This document shows positions 9,886 through 18,598 of a stretch of DNA of 64,000 nucleotides, one piece after another. The position numbers were made by a program, and so were the translations under genes. Origin of the DNA: Verrucomicrobiia bacterium (GTDB lineage Bacteria > Verrucomicrobiota > Verrucomicrobiia > Limisphaerales > UBA1319); NCBI GenBank assembly GCA_963664225.1, contig OY760937.1, positions 3,872,001-3,936,000 on the forward strand, written 5' to 3'. The notes below the pieces were generated by a model. The model made no database searches. It saw only the letters and a list, made by a program, of their open reading frames with translations, and was not told the origin of the DNA. How positions within the stretch are numbered: the first letter of the stretch is position 1; every line of letters starts with the position of its first letter.

Positions 9886-10566
9886 GTGGTAAAACTGGTA
9901 CTATTTGATGTGGATGGCACCCTGATTCGCACTCAGGGGGCTGGTATCAAGGCTTTTGAACGGACTTTTGCCTCGGAATTCAAGCTTTCCGGGGCAACGG
10001 ACGGCGTTGAATTTGCGGGACGCACGGATCCGTCGATCGTCCGGGAAGTGTTTGCCCAATGCAAAATTGAACCTTCGCCGGAGAATTTTAAGCGTTTTTT
10101 TGGCACGTATGTATTCTGGTTGGACCATCTGTTGAGCAAAACCAACGGCGGCATTTGCGTGGGGGTATGGAATTTCATCAACGGCCTGATGTCGATGCCG
10201 GTTCCTCCCATGCTGGGTTTGTTGACCGGAAATATCCGGTTGGGCGCGGAAATCAAGCTGCGGTATTTTCATCTGTGGGAGCAGTTTCAAACTGGCGCGT
10301 TCGGGGACGATGACGAAAATCGGGATCACCTGGCCGGACTGGCGCAGAAGCGAGCCTCCAGCAAACTGGGCGTTCCCTTGTCAGGGTCGGAAATTCTGGT
10401 TGTAGGGGATACGCCGTTGGATATTCAATGTGCTCGGGCCATTCAAGCCAAAGTGATTGCGGTGGGCACCGGCGGCTATACGCTGGATGAACTCAAACCG
10501 TTCAAAGCAGACTGGTTGGTGGCCAATTTAAGCGAGGTCAACGCAACCGCGGTTTGCGGCGCGTAA
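9886..10566 (+). CDS. HAD-family hydrolase (phosphoglycolate phosphatase-like)
   Basis: 'LFDVDGTL', 'LTGN', 'VGDTPLD' HAD motifs. Confidence 0.9.
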   Translation: MVKLVLFDVDGTLIRTQGAGIKAFERTFASEFKLSGATDGVEFAGRTDPSIVREVFAQCKIEPSPENFKRFFGTYVFWLDHLLSKTNGGICVGVWNFINGLMSMPVPPMLGLLTGNIRLGAEIKLRYFHLWEQFQTGAFGDDDENRDHLAGLAQKRASSKLGVPLSGSEILVVGDTPLDIQCARAIQAKVIAVGTGGYTLDELKPFKADWLVANLSEVNATAVCGA

Positions 10567-10673
10567 TCCGCTGCCTGCCGGATTTGGCCGCGACGGGATT
10601 GACACGGAAACGCAAAGGCGGGTGTATTGCGATTCGTGTTGCAGAGGTCCATTATTTGCATGAGACTAACCCC

Positions 10674-11894
10674 ATGAGAGCGAAAGTATTCCTCTGCGTC
10701 TCGCTGCTCCTGAATTTGGGCCTGTTGGCCGCCGCCATCCATTTCGCCAATCGTGTCTCCCCGGCTCCCGCAGCGAAATCCGAAACCCTCGCGCGCGATT
10801 CAGGTTCAAACTCACCCAAGGATCGTGTCATCGTGCGGCGCCAGTTTTTTTCCTGGAGCGAACTCGAATCCACGGATTACAACGCCTACATTGCCAACCT
10901 TCGGGAGATTGGATGCCCAGAGACCACGATTCGAGACATCATCGTCGCGGATGTGAATCAGCTCTTTGCCCAACGCCGTGAAAAGGAAATCCCGATTCCT
11001 GAGCAGCCATGGTGGCGTTCCGAGCCGGAATGGGGCGCGATTCAGGCGTCCGCTGAAAAAAGCAAGGCCCTGGAAGAGGAGCGCAAGGCGTTGCTGGCCA
11101 AATTGCTGGGACCAAACTGGGACGTCACGGCTCTGGCGGCCAACCGATCCACAAATGGCGTCGCGTTTACCGGCGCTGTCTTGAGCCAGCTTTCACCGGA
11201 AACCAAGACCAGGGTTCTCGGGATCAATAGTCGCGCCCAAGCCCGCATGGAGGAATATCGTCTGGCTCAGGAGAAAGCGGGCAAGCCGCTCGATCCGGTC
11301 GAAATGGCCCGGCTCCGACAGGAGACTCGAGCGGAATTATCCCAAGTCTTGAATCCGGATCAAATGGAGGAATATCTCCTGCGTTATTCCGCCACTGCCA
11401 CCCAGATGCGCCAGGAACTGTCGGGTTTCAATACCACGCCAGACGAGTTTCGCCAGATATTCAAACTGCGCGATGCCTACGATCAGCAGCTCCAATTGAC
11501 ATACGCGGGCAGCGATCCGGCCATGATCAAAAAAAGGCGGGAGATCGAGGATCAACGGGATGCCTCCATCCGGCAGGCCATCGGCCAGGAACGTTTCCGT
11601 TTTTACCAATTATCCCAGGACCCTCTCTTCCAGCAAACCCGTTCCACGGCGGTGGCCTCTGGCGCCCCGGCAGACGCAGTGCTGCCCATGTATCAGGTCA
11701 ACCAACTGGCGATCAAGGAGCAGCAACGGATTAAAAACGACATCACCCTCTCGGCTCAGGAGCGTGATGAGGCGCTGAAGATCATCCAGAAGGATCAGGA
11801 ACAGTCCTTGCAAAAAATCATTGCCTTGCGATCACAAGCCGAAGGCAAAACCAACGCGCCCGTGATGGACATGCCGCCTCTTCCTGGCAATTGA
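10674..11894 (+). CDS. membrane-anchored helical hypothetical protein
   Basis: N-terminal TM 'VFLCVSLLLNLGLLAAAI', then a charged helical body; start chosen at ATG 10674. Confidence 0.75.
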   Translation: MRAKVFLCVSLLLNLGLLAAAIHFANRVSPAPAAKSETLARDSGSNSPKDRVIVRRQFFSWSELESTDYNAYIANLREIGCPETTIRDIIVADVNQLFAQRREKEIPIPEQPWWRSEPEWGAIQASAEKSKALEEERKALLAKLLGPNWDVTALAANRSTNGVAFTGAVLSQLSPETKTRVLGINSRAQARMEEYRLAQEKAGKPLDPVEMARLRQETRAELSQVLNPDQMEEYLLRYSATATQMRQELSGFNTTPDEFRQIFKLRDAYDQQLQLTYAGSDPAMIKKRREIEDQRDASIRQAIGQERFRFYQLSQDPLFQQTRSTAVASGAPADAVLPMYQVNQLAIKEQQRIKNDITLSAQERDEALKIIQKDQEQSLQKIIALRSQAEGKTNAPVMDMPPLPGN

Positions 11895-12010
11895 TTTTAC
11901 CCCCGTTTGGATCGCCTTCCGGGAAATCGATCAGGTCACTTTTGATTGCGCTGGCACGGCCTCAGCAAATTTCGCGTGCGCCTCAAAGTTGTTTTTGCTA
12001 GGAATGCGTC

Positions 12011-12490
12011 ATGGACGAGTTGCTGAAGTTATTGCGCGAGGACGCGGCCCTCAAGCCGGCCCAGATGGCTGCCATGTTAAATCTGACCGAAGCGGACGTG
12101 CTCAAGAAAATCAAGGAGTACGAGGCGCAGCGGTTGATTCTGGGCTATCAAGCCGTTCTCAACGAGGAAAAGTTGGGCTTGGGCATCGTGCGCGCCGTCA
12201 TCGAAGTGAAGATCACCCCCGAACGGGAGGGCGGCTTCAACCGCCTGGGCGAAAGGATCGCCAAATACCGCGAGGTGCGCTCCTGCTACCTCATGTCCGG
12301 GGCCTACGATCTGCTCGTGGTAATCGAGGGGAAAAGCCTTCAGGAGGTCGCCATGTTCGTTTCGGAGAGGCTGGCCACCATTCCCGGGGTTCTATCCACA
12401 GCCACGCATTTCATGCTCAAACCCTACAAGGACCACGGACTGTTGATGAGCGTTGAAAAGAACGAGGAACGCCTGTCGGTCTCGCCCTAA
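12011..12490 (+). CDS. Lrp/AsnC family transcriptional regulator
   Basis: N-terminal HTH plus RAM domain 'YLMSGAYDL'. Confidence 0.9.
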   Translation: MDELLKLLREDAALKPAQMAAMLNLTEADVLKKIKEYEAQRLILGYQAVLNEEKLGLGIVRAVIEVKITPEREGGFNRLGERIAKYREVRSCYLMSGAYDLLVVIEGKSLQEVAMFVSERLATIPGVLSTATHFMLKPYKDHGLLMSVEKNEERLSVSP

Positions 12491-12594
12491 AACCCTTGTT
12501 GGCCCCCGTTGAATAATTTCGAGGCGTCCCGCAAGTTTTTTGCGCGGACTCTTCGCTTTTCTCCGCCGCTGATTCTGTTTACATATTCGTCGCG

Positions 12595-14331
12595 ATGAAT
12601 TTGTTGCCATTTAGCACACTAAAACCATTTGCTCCGCGCCGGTTTGTGCCAGTCCAAATCAATTTGGGGAACTGGGAGGCGATTGCACCCCTGTTTGACA
12701 AGTTGGAGACAGAGTTGTTCGTCTGCAAAACTGCCGATGCCCTCGAGAATTGGTTGCTGGACTGGGGCGAATTGCGCGCGGTACTGGATGAGGAAAGTTC
12801 GCGCCGGTATATCGCCATGACCTGCCACACGGATGCCCCGGAGGCTGAGCGCGCCTATTTGGAATTCGTGGAGAAGATCGATCCCCAGCTCAAACCGCGT
12901 CAATTCAAGCTTGAACAAATCTTTCTCGCGCATCCGCTCCGGTCGTCGTTGCCCAGGGAACGCTATCTGGTATTTGAACGCAACACGCGCCAGCATGTGG
13001 AGCTTTACAAGACGGAGAATGTGGTTTTGGAAACGGATGAATCCCGTTTATCCCAGCAGTATCAAAAACTGTGCGGCACCCTGACGGTGGAATTTCAGGG
13101 GGAGGAAAAAACCCTGGTACAAATGGGGCGCTATCTGGAGGAGCCGGATCGGGCCTTGCGTCAGAAGGCATGGGAATCGGTGGCCGGACGACGATTGCAG
13201 GAGGCGGGTAAATTCGATGAACAGTTCGATGGCTTGATGGCGTTGCGGGGACGTATCGCTGCCAACGCGGGTTTCGCGAATTACATGGAATACGCCTTCC
13301 AGGCCCGGGGTCGTTTTGATTACAAACCCGGGGATTGTCTGGAGTTTCACACCGCCATCGAGCGGGAGGTGGTTCCCTTGCTCAGGAAACTGCAGGCGGA
13401 TCGGAAAAAGCGCATGGGATTGTCCGCGTTGCGTCCCTGGGATTTGGCAGTGGATCCGAAAAATCGCCCGGCGTTGCGTCCTTTCAAGGATGGCGAACAA
13501 CTCGCAGCCAGGACGCAGACCATTTTTGATCGACTCGATCCCAAACTGGGCCGTGAATTTGCCACCATGCGGAACCTCCACCTGCTGGATTTGGAGAACC
13601 GCAAAGGCAAGGCCCCAGGCGGTTATCAGTGTTCGCTGGCCGAAGCGCGGCTGCCGTTTATTTTCATGAACGCCGTGGGGATGCAGCGCGATGTGGAAAC
13701 CCTTCTGCACGAAGGAGGACATGCGTTTCACGCGATGGCCGCCCAAGGAGAGGATTTTTATCCCTATCGCGAGGCGCCCATCGAATTCTGCGAAGTCGCG
13801 TCAATGAGCATGGAGTTGTTGGGCAACGATTTCCTCGACGTCTTTCACGCACCAACGGAATGCGAACGCGCCCGACGCAACCACTTGGAGGGCATTGTGG
13901 ATGTCTTACCTTGGATTGCCACCGTGGATGCTTTCCAGCACTGGATTTACACTCATCCTGGTCATTCGCGCGCGGAACGCGGGGCGGCTTGGATGGAGTT
14001 GATGGACCGTTTTGGGGGCGATGTGGATTGGAGCGGTTTTGAAGAGGTTCGTAAAAACCTGTGGCACCGGCAATTACACATTTTTATCCATCCCTTTTAT
14101 TACGTGGAGTATGGAATTGCCCAATTGGGCGCGCTCCAAATCTGGGCGCACTCCCGTGAAAACCATGCCCAGGCGCTCGCGGATTACCATCGAGGACTGA
14201 GTTTGGGCGGGTCGCGGCCCTTACCGGAACTCTTTGAGGCAGCAGGGTGCCGGTTTGACTTCTCAGCCTCCACGGTGCGACCATTGATACAATTGGTGGA
14301 CAGCGAGTTGGAGAAATTGGATCGTCATTGA
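12595..14331 (+). CDS. M3 family oligoendopeptidase
   Basis: HEGGH zinc motif, 'RKGKAPGGY', 'EVASMSME', 'PFYYVEY'. Confidence 0.93.
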   Translation: MNLLPFSTLKPFAPRRFVPVQINLGNWEAIAPLFDKLETELFVCKTADALENWLLDWGELRAVLDEESSRRYIAMTCHTDAPEAERAYLEFVEKIDPQLKPRQFKLEQIFLAHPLRSSLPRERYLVFERNTRQHVELYKTENVVLETDESRLSQQYQKLCGTLTVEFQGEEKTLVQMGRYLEEPDRALRQKAWESVAGRRLQEAGKFDEQFDGLMALRGRIAANAGFANYMEYAFQARGRFDYKPGDCLEFHTAIEREVVPLLRKLQADRKKRMGLSALRPWDLAVDPKNRPALRPFKDGEQLAARTQTIFDRLDPKLGREFATMRNLHLLDLENRKGKAPGGYQCSLAEARLPFIFMNAVGMQRDVETLLHEGGHAFHAMAAQGEDFYPYREAPIEFCEVASMSMELLGNDFLDVFHAPTECERARRNHLEGIVDVLPWIATVDAFQHWIYTHPGHSRAERGAAWMELMDRFGGDVDWSGFEEVRKNLWHRQLHIFIHPFYYVEYGIAQLGALQIWAHSRENHAQALADYHRGLSLGGSRPLPELFEAAGCRFDFSASTVRPLIQLVDSELEKLDRH

Positions 14332-14365
14332 ATAATCAGGGTGTCGAGGCTATTGTAATACTGGA

Positions 14366-15253
14366 ATGTTGTATGATCGACCATATATGCGGGACAACGG
14401 GCCGTCGCAAACTTGGTGGCACTCGGCCGTCATTTGCCTGATTATTGCCAACACCGCGATCTATCTCCTTCAGCAAATCAATGGGTTTTATCTCCACTGG
14501 CCGTTGACCCAGTATCTTGCGTTGAGCGTTGATGGAATGCGGCATGGTTATGTCTGGCAATTGCTGACATTCCAGTTCCTCCATGCCGGTGGCTGGCATC
14601 TGGTGTTTAACATGTTGGCTCTTTATTGGTTTGGACGTCCGGTAGAGGATTCTCTTGGCAATGGGCGGTTCCTTGAAGCCTATTTTGCGAGCGGTGTTAC
14701 CGGTGGGCTGTTTCAAACGCTGTTGGGCTTTGCTTTTCCTGTCTATTTCGGGCAGGCGGTTGTGGGTGCTTCTGCCGGGGTCTTTGGGTTGATCACCTTG
14801 TTTGCGCTCATGGATCCCAGCCGTGTCATACTTTTGTGGTTCGTTCTGCCGGTGCGGGCGCTGTATTTTGTGTACGGCGCGTTATTCCTCACGCTGTTTT
14901 TCATTCTCGTGCCGTCGAGTTCGGGAGTGGCGCACGCGGCGCATTTGGGCGGAATCCTCGCAGCGATGGGTTATCTGAAATGGTTTGTTCAATCCGACCG
15001 CCGTCTGTTTAGCTGGAAAAGGTTTACGGTGGTCAGGCAGGAACCTGAATTGGTTGAGGCGGCCACAGCCAAACGCAGTTTCTGGCGGCGTTCCGAAAGC
15101 ATCGCCTTGGACGACATGCCTGCGGAGGAATTCATCAGCCGGGAGGTGGACCCGATTCTTGATAAGATTTCATCCCATGGCATTCATAGTTTGACGGCGC
15201 GGGAACGCAAGATATTGGAGGCGGCTCGTAAAAAAATGGCACGCCGCAAATAG
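14366..15253 (+). CDS. rhomboid family intramembrane serine protease with C-terminal DUF6576-like domain
   Basis: 'WQLLTFQFLH', 'HLVFNM', 'GASAG', 'AHLGG'; C-terminal 'VDPILDKIS..G..SLT.RE'. Confidence 0.92.
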   Translation: MLYDRPYMRDNGPSQTWWHSAVICLIIANTAIYLLQQINGFYLHWPLTQYLALSVDGMRHGYVWQLLTFQFLHAGGWHLVFNMLALYWFGRPVEDSLGNGRFLEAYFASGVTGGLFQTLLGFAFPVYFGQAVVGASAGVFGLITLFALMDPSRVILLWFVLPVRALYFVYGALFLTLFFILVPSSSGVAHAAHLGGILAAMGYLKWFVQSDRRLFSWKRFTVVRQEPELVEAATAKRSFWRRSESIALDDMPAEEFISREVDPILDKISSHGIHSLTARERKILEAARKKMARRK

Positions 15254-15611
15254 CCAGTACAGACTTCAACGATTTTCCATATTTATCGAATGGCCCGTTC
15301 ACGCATGGCGTCCAATAGCCATCGTATGAACGGTGGGTTGGTCAATCGGTCCCATGGACCTTCAGAAAACGGATGCACTGGTGTCGCGCGGATTCTTCTG
15401 CGAAAGCGCCAGGACGCTTCCGTGTGTTCCGTTCTGCCAGAACGCCATAGCACGCATCCTTACGGCTGGCACACCCGGTTGACAGGCCAGATTTCCCGTT
15501 TTGCTCCCGCCACTCTGTCGTCCGGTCCAATCAGTTAAAACAGGCCTCATGCTTCCCCGGGGATTGAGGTAGGAATTCAAATTTCCCACATTTGGGCTCA
15601 AGAATGTCCAT

Positions 15612-15778
15612 TTAACCCGAAATCCGAAATACGAATGGTCAAGATGATGCAATGCTTTGAGGCAGCCATGATTTGCAATCGGCGAGGGTGTATTAAATCA
15701 ATACTCCACAGCCGGTTTCAAACCATGGATGGCCAAATGATTGCGTCAGATGGGCCGTTCCTATTTCGGATTTCGGGT
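15612..15778. repeat. inverted repeat built of 7-nt units (CCGAAAT / ATTTCGG); right arm interrupted by the intron
   Basis: AACCCGAAATCCGAAATA (15614-15631) is the reverse complement of TATTTCGGATTTCGGGT (15762-15778) plus the first T after the intron (17754). Confidence 0.8.
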
Positions 15779-17753
15779 GTGCGCCAGTGAAATTGGTAGC
15801 CTCGTGGGTGAAAGTCCCGCCGGTCGAATTAGACGGTTCACGACCGAAATGCAGCGTCCGGGACGAGGCCGTGAGGCCGAACCACAAGCGGGACGCTGAA
15901 AGAACTGTCGGGTCGTAACGAAAGTAAACCTCATCAAATGAGCTCCGAAACCGAAATAACCGGTAAGCCGAGCCGCTACCCGAACGGCGAAGGCAGAAAC
16001 GCGGCGTCATCAAATCGTCAAATGGGCGCTGTTGATTCCGGCGGAGTCAGCGAGGGCGACACGACAGGAAGGGAAACCAAGGTAAGCTGGGAGATCTCTG
16101 GAGGCGGGGCGATAAAGCCTCAACCGCCGGTGCAAGGAGGAACACCCTCCGAGGCCGCACGGGCAGCCAGAGAAGTCGGAGTCTTCCATAGTAGCGAAGA
16201 AGCTGGGGCGACCAAAACCCCGGCGGAGCCAAGGGAAGGCACTTGGATCGAAGCGAATCAAAACAGCGAGGGACAGGGAGATGGCCTTGAGGGAGTGGAA
16301 ACACTTTTTCAACGGATAACAACCCCGATAAAAGTTCAAAAGCTGCAGCGAGCGCTATATTGCAAAGCCAAGGCTGAGCCGAAGTATCGGTTTTACAGCC
16401 TCTACGGAGAACTGCTGCGGAAGGACGTGCTGGAAACGGCAATGGCCTCCGTGGCGCACAACAATGGCGCGGCTGGGATCGACGGGCAGACATGCGACGT
16501 CTATCTTGCCAGCGACGAAGCCTGGGACCAATGGCGGAACCAACTGCTGGAGGAGTTACGCACGAAGAAGTATCGGCCAAGCCCGGTGAAGCGTGTGTAT
16601 ATACCAAAAGGAGACGGGAAGCTGCGACCCCTGGGCATCCCGACAGTGAAAGACCGGGTGGTGCAGACAGCGGTGGTGATTGTATTGCTGCCGATTCTGG
16701 AAGCCGATAGTCATCCGAACAGTTACGCCTATCATCCCAAACGCAATGCCCACCAAGCAATGGAGGCGATCAAGAAGGCTACGCTGACAGGACGCGTCGA
16801 AGTTATAGACGCGGACTTAAGCGGGTATTTTGACAGCATTCCCCACAGGCGTTTGTTGCGCATAGTGGCCAAGCGGGTCAGCGATGGAACAATTCTCAAG
16901 CTGATCGCAGGATGGCTGCGCGCGCCCGTGAATGAACCGCAAAGCGACACAGGGAAAGGCGGGACAAAGGGGGGGCAAGGTCAGAATCGACGGGGGACTC
17001 CGCAAGGCGGGGTTGTATCGCCGATTTTAGCCAATGCATACCTCAACCAGTTGGATTGGGAAGTCAACGAACGCTGCGAACTCAAACCCGTGATGGTGAG
17101 ATACGCGGATGATTTCGTGATACTCGGACAGCCGGGGCAGGGACGGGAACTGATGGAACGACTGGAACGATGGCTGAAGCAACGCGAGTTAGTGCTCAAC
17201 GAGAAGAAGACCCGCTTGGTGGACCTCCGCCAGGATGGCATCAAATTCTTGGGATTCGCGCTAACAATGCGACAGGGGAAGGGGAAATGGAAATATCCGC
17301 ATGTGGAACCCCATCCCAAGAGCCAGAAGAAGTTTCGAGACGGGATTCGGGAGAAACTCAACCGAAGCACGCTATGGCGTGATATCGGAGAGGTGATTCC
17401 CGAGCTCAACAAGAAACTCAAAGGTTGGAAGGGTTACTTTCACTACGGGAACAGCACCAAGGTGATGGGCCAGATGAACGAATACGTCAGCAGCAAGTTA
17501 CAACGATGGTTGTGGCGCAAACACGGATGTAGTCGGGCGCAATGGTCCACATACCCCAAGGAGGATCTCTATGAGCGTTATGGTTTATACCAAATGCCGG
17601 AATATGCGGCATGGAAACGATGACGTCGAAGCGATGCAACGTATGATCCCCGGAGAGCCGGATGCGGGAAAACCGCCTGTCCGGTTCGATGAGGGGCGAA
17701 ATGCGACGGTCATTGGCCACGGCCATTCAATCCGTCCATTTCGCCTACTCTAC
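15779..17753 (+). mobile_element. group II intron (ribozyme plus RT/maturase ORF)
   Basis: 5' GTGCG at 15779; domain V GAGCCGGATGCGGGAAAACCGCCTGTCCGGTTC at 17655-17687; domain VI hairpin ending ...CTACTCTAC at 17753; EBS1 loop ACCCGAA (15978-15984) pairs with the 5' exon end TTCGGGT. Confidence 0.93.
16295..17623 (+). CDS. ltrA: group II intron reverse transcriptase/maturase lacking an HNH endonuclease
   Basis: 'RPLGIPTVKDRVVQ', 'DADLSGYFDSIPH', 'GTPQGGVVSPILAN', YADD, 'FLGF', X domain 'GWKGYF'; ends without an En domain. Start uncertain (in-frame GTG 16295). Confidence 0.92.
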   Translation: METLFQRITTPIKVQKLQRALYCKAKAEPKYRFYSLYGELLRKDVLETAMASVAHNNGAAGIDGQTCDVYLASDEAWDQWRNQLLEELRTKKYRPSPVKRVYIPKGDGKLRPLGIPTVKDRVVQTAVVIVLLPILEADSHPNSYAYHPKRNAHQAMEAIKKATLTGRVEVIDADLSGYFDSIPHRRLLRIVAKRVSDGTILKLIAGWLRAPVNEPQSDTGKGGTKGGQGQNRRGTPQGGVVSPILANAYLNQLDWEVNERCELKPVMVRYADDFVILGQPGQGRELMERLERWLKQRELVLNEKKTRLVDLRQDGIKFLGFALTMRQGKGKWKYPHVEPHPKSQKKFRDGIREKLNRSTLWRDIGEVIPELNKKLKGWKGYFHYGNSTKVMGQMNEYVSSKLQRWLWRKHGCSRAQWSTYPKEDLYERYGLYQMPEYAAWKR

Positions 17754-17890
17754 TTAAGGCATTGGCAGGAAAGAAATTCATCGCCATGCTCATGATGAAG
17801 CCCGGAGATTCTTGAGAATGCATTTTTTGAATGCGGAAACGAATTTCCAGTTGCGCACCAGCGTCAATTCTGGTGGAAATGAGTAGAACA

Positions 17891-18598
17891 ATGAACAATC
17901 AGATAATTAAGAATATTATGGTGTGGAACAAAATCATTGCCCCTTTGGCGCTGTCGGCCGTTATTGGCATGGCCGGAACCGCTTTTGCAGCCGATAAAGA
18001 AATGGCGCCGATCGACATCAAGCCCCCAATTCCGGCTTTCATGGGCACGCCGACGGATATCGCTATTAATGAACACATTGAGAAGCCTTCGGACAAGCCC
18101 CGCGCGCCCTTTATGGCCCCCAAAGGAGTCACCAATCTTGCCTTGAACAAGAAAGTCACCAGCAGCGACGCTTCGCCCATTTCCGGCTCTTTGGAACTGG
18201 TCACCGATGGCAACAAGGAATCGGCCGACGACACCTTCGTTGAATTGCATCGCAAGGTGCAGTGGGTGCAGATTGACCTCGAGAATCCCGCTGAAATCTA
18301 CGCCATTGTGATCTGGCACGCGCACAACACCCCCCAGCTTTACAAGAGCGTTGTGGTCCAAGTCTCGGATGACAAAGAGTTTACGAAAGATGTCAAAACC
18401 CTCTTCAACAACGATTACGAAAACGAAGCCGGTTTGGGTATTGGCACGGACAAGCAGTATTTCGAAAATTACGAAGGCAAACTCATTGACACCAAAGGTG
18501 TTAAGGGTCGCTATGTCCGCCTTTACAGCAAAGGCAGCAGCTTCAGCGCCCTGAATCGCTACACGGAAGTCGAAGTGTACGGTTTGGCCGCCAAGTAA
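17891..18598 (+). CDS. secreted discoidin (F5/8 type C)-like domain protein
   Basis: signal peptide; 'NLALNKKVTSS', 'TDGNKE', 'WVQIDLE', 'GRYVRLYS', 'EVEVYG'; start may be 17918. Confidence 0.8.
   Translation: MNNQIIKNIMVWNKIIAPLALSAVIGMAGTAFAADKEMAPIDIKPPIPAFMGTPTDIAINEHIEKPSDKPRAPFMAPKGVTNLALNKKVTSSDASPISGSLELVTDGNKESADDTFVELHRKVQWVQIDLENPAEIYAIVIWHAHNTPQLYKSVVVQVSDDKEFTKDVKTLFNNDYENEAGLGIGTDKQYFENYEGKLIDTKGVKGRYVRLYSKGSSFSALNRYTEVEVYGLAAK

Noticed and set aside
15938..16294. N-terminal extension of the RT ORF (561-aa call)
   Set aside because: It overlaps ribozyme domains I-III, including the EBS1 loop. RT similarity begins only near 'TTPIKVQKLQ'.
16295..17623. RT as a retron, DGR or defence RT
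   Set aside because: It has clear group II intron ends, domain V/VI and a maturase X domain. No TR/VR pair or msr-msd was seen.
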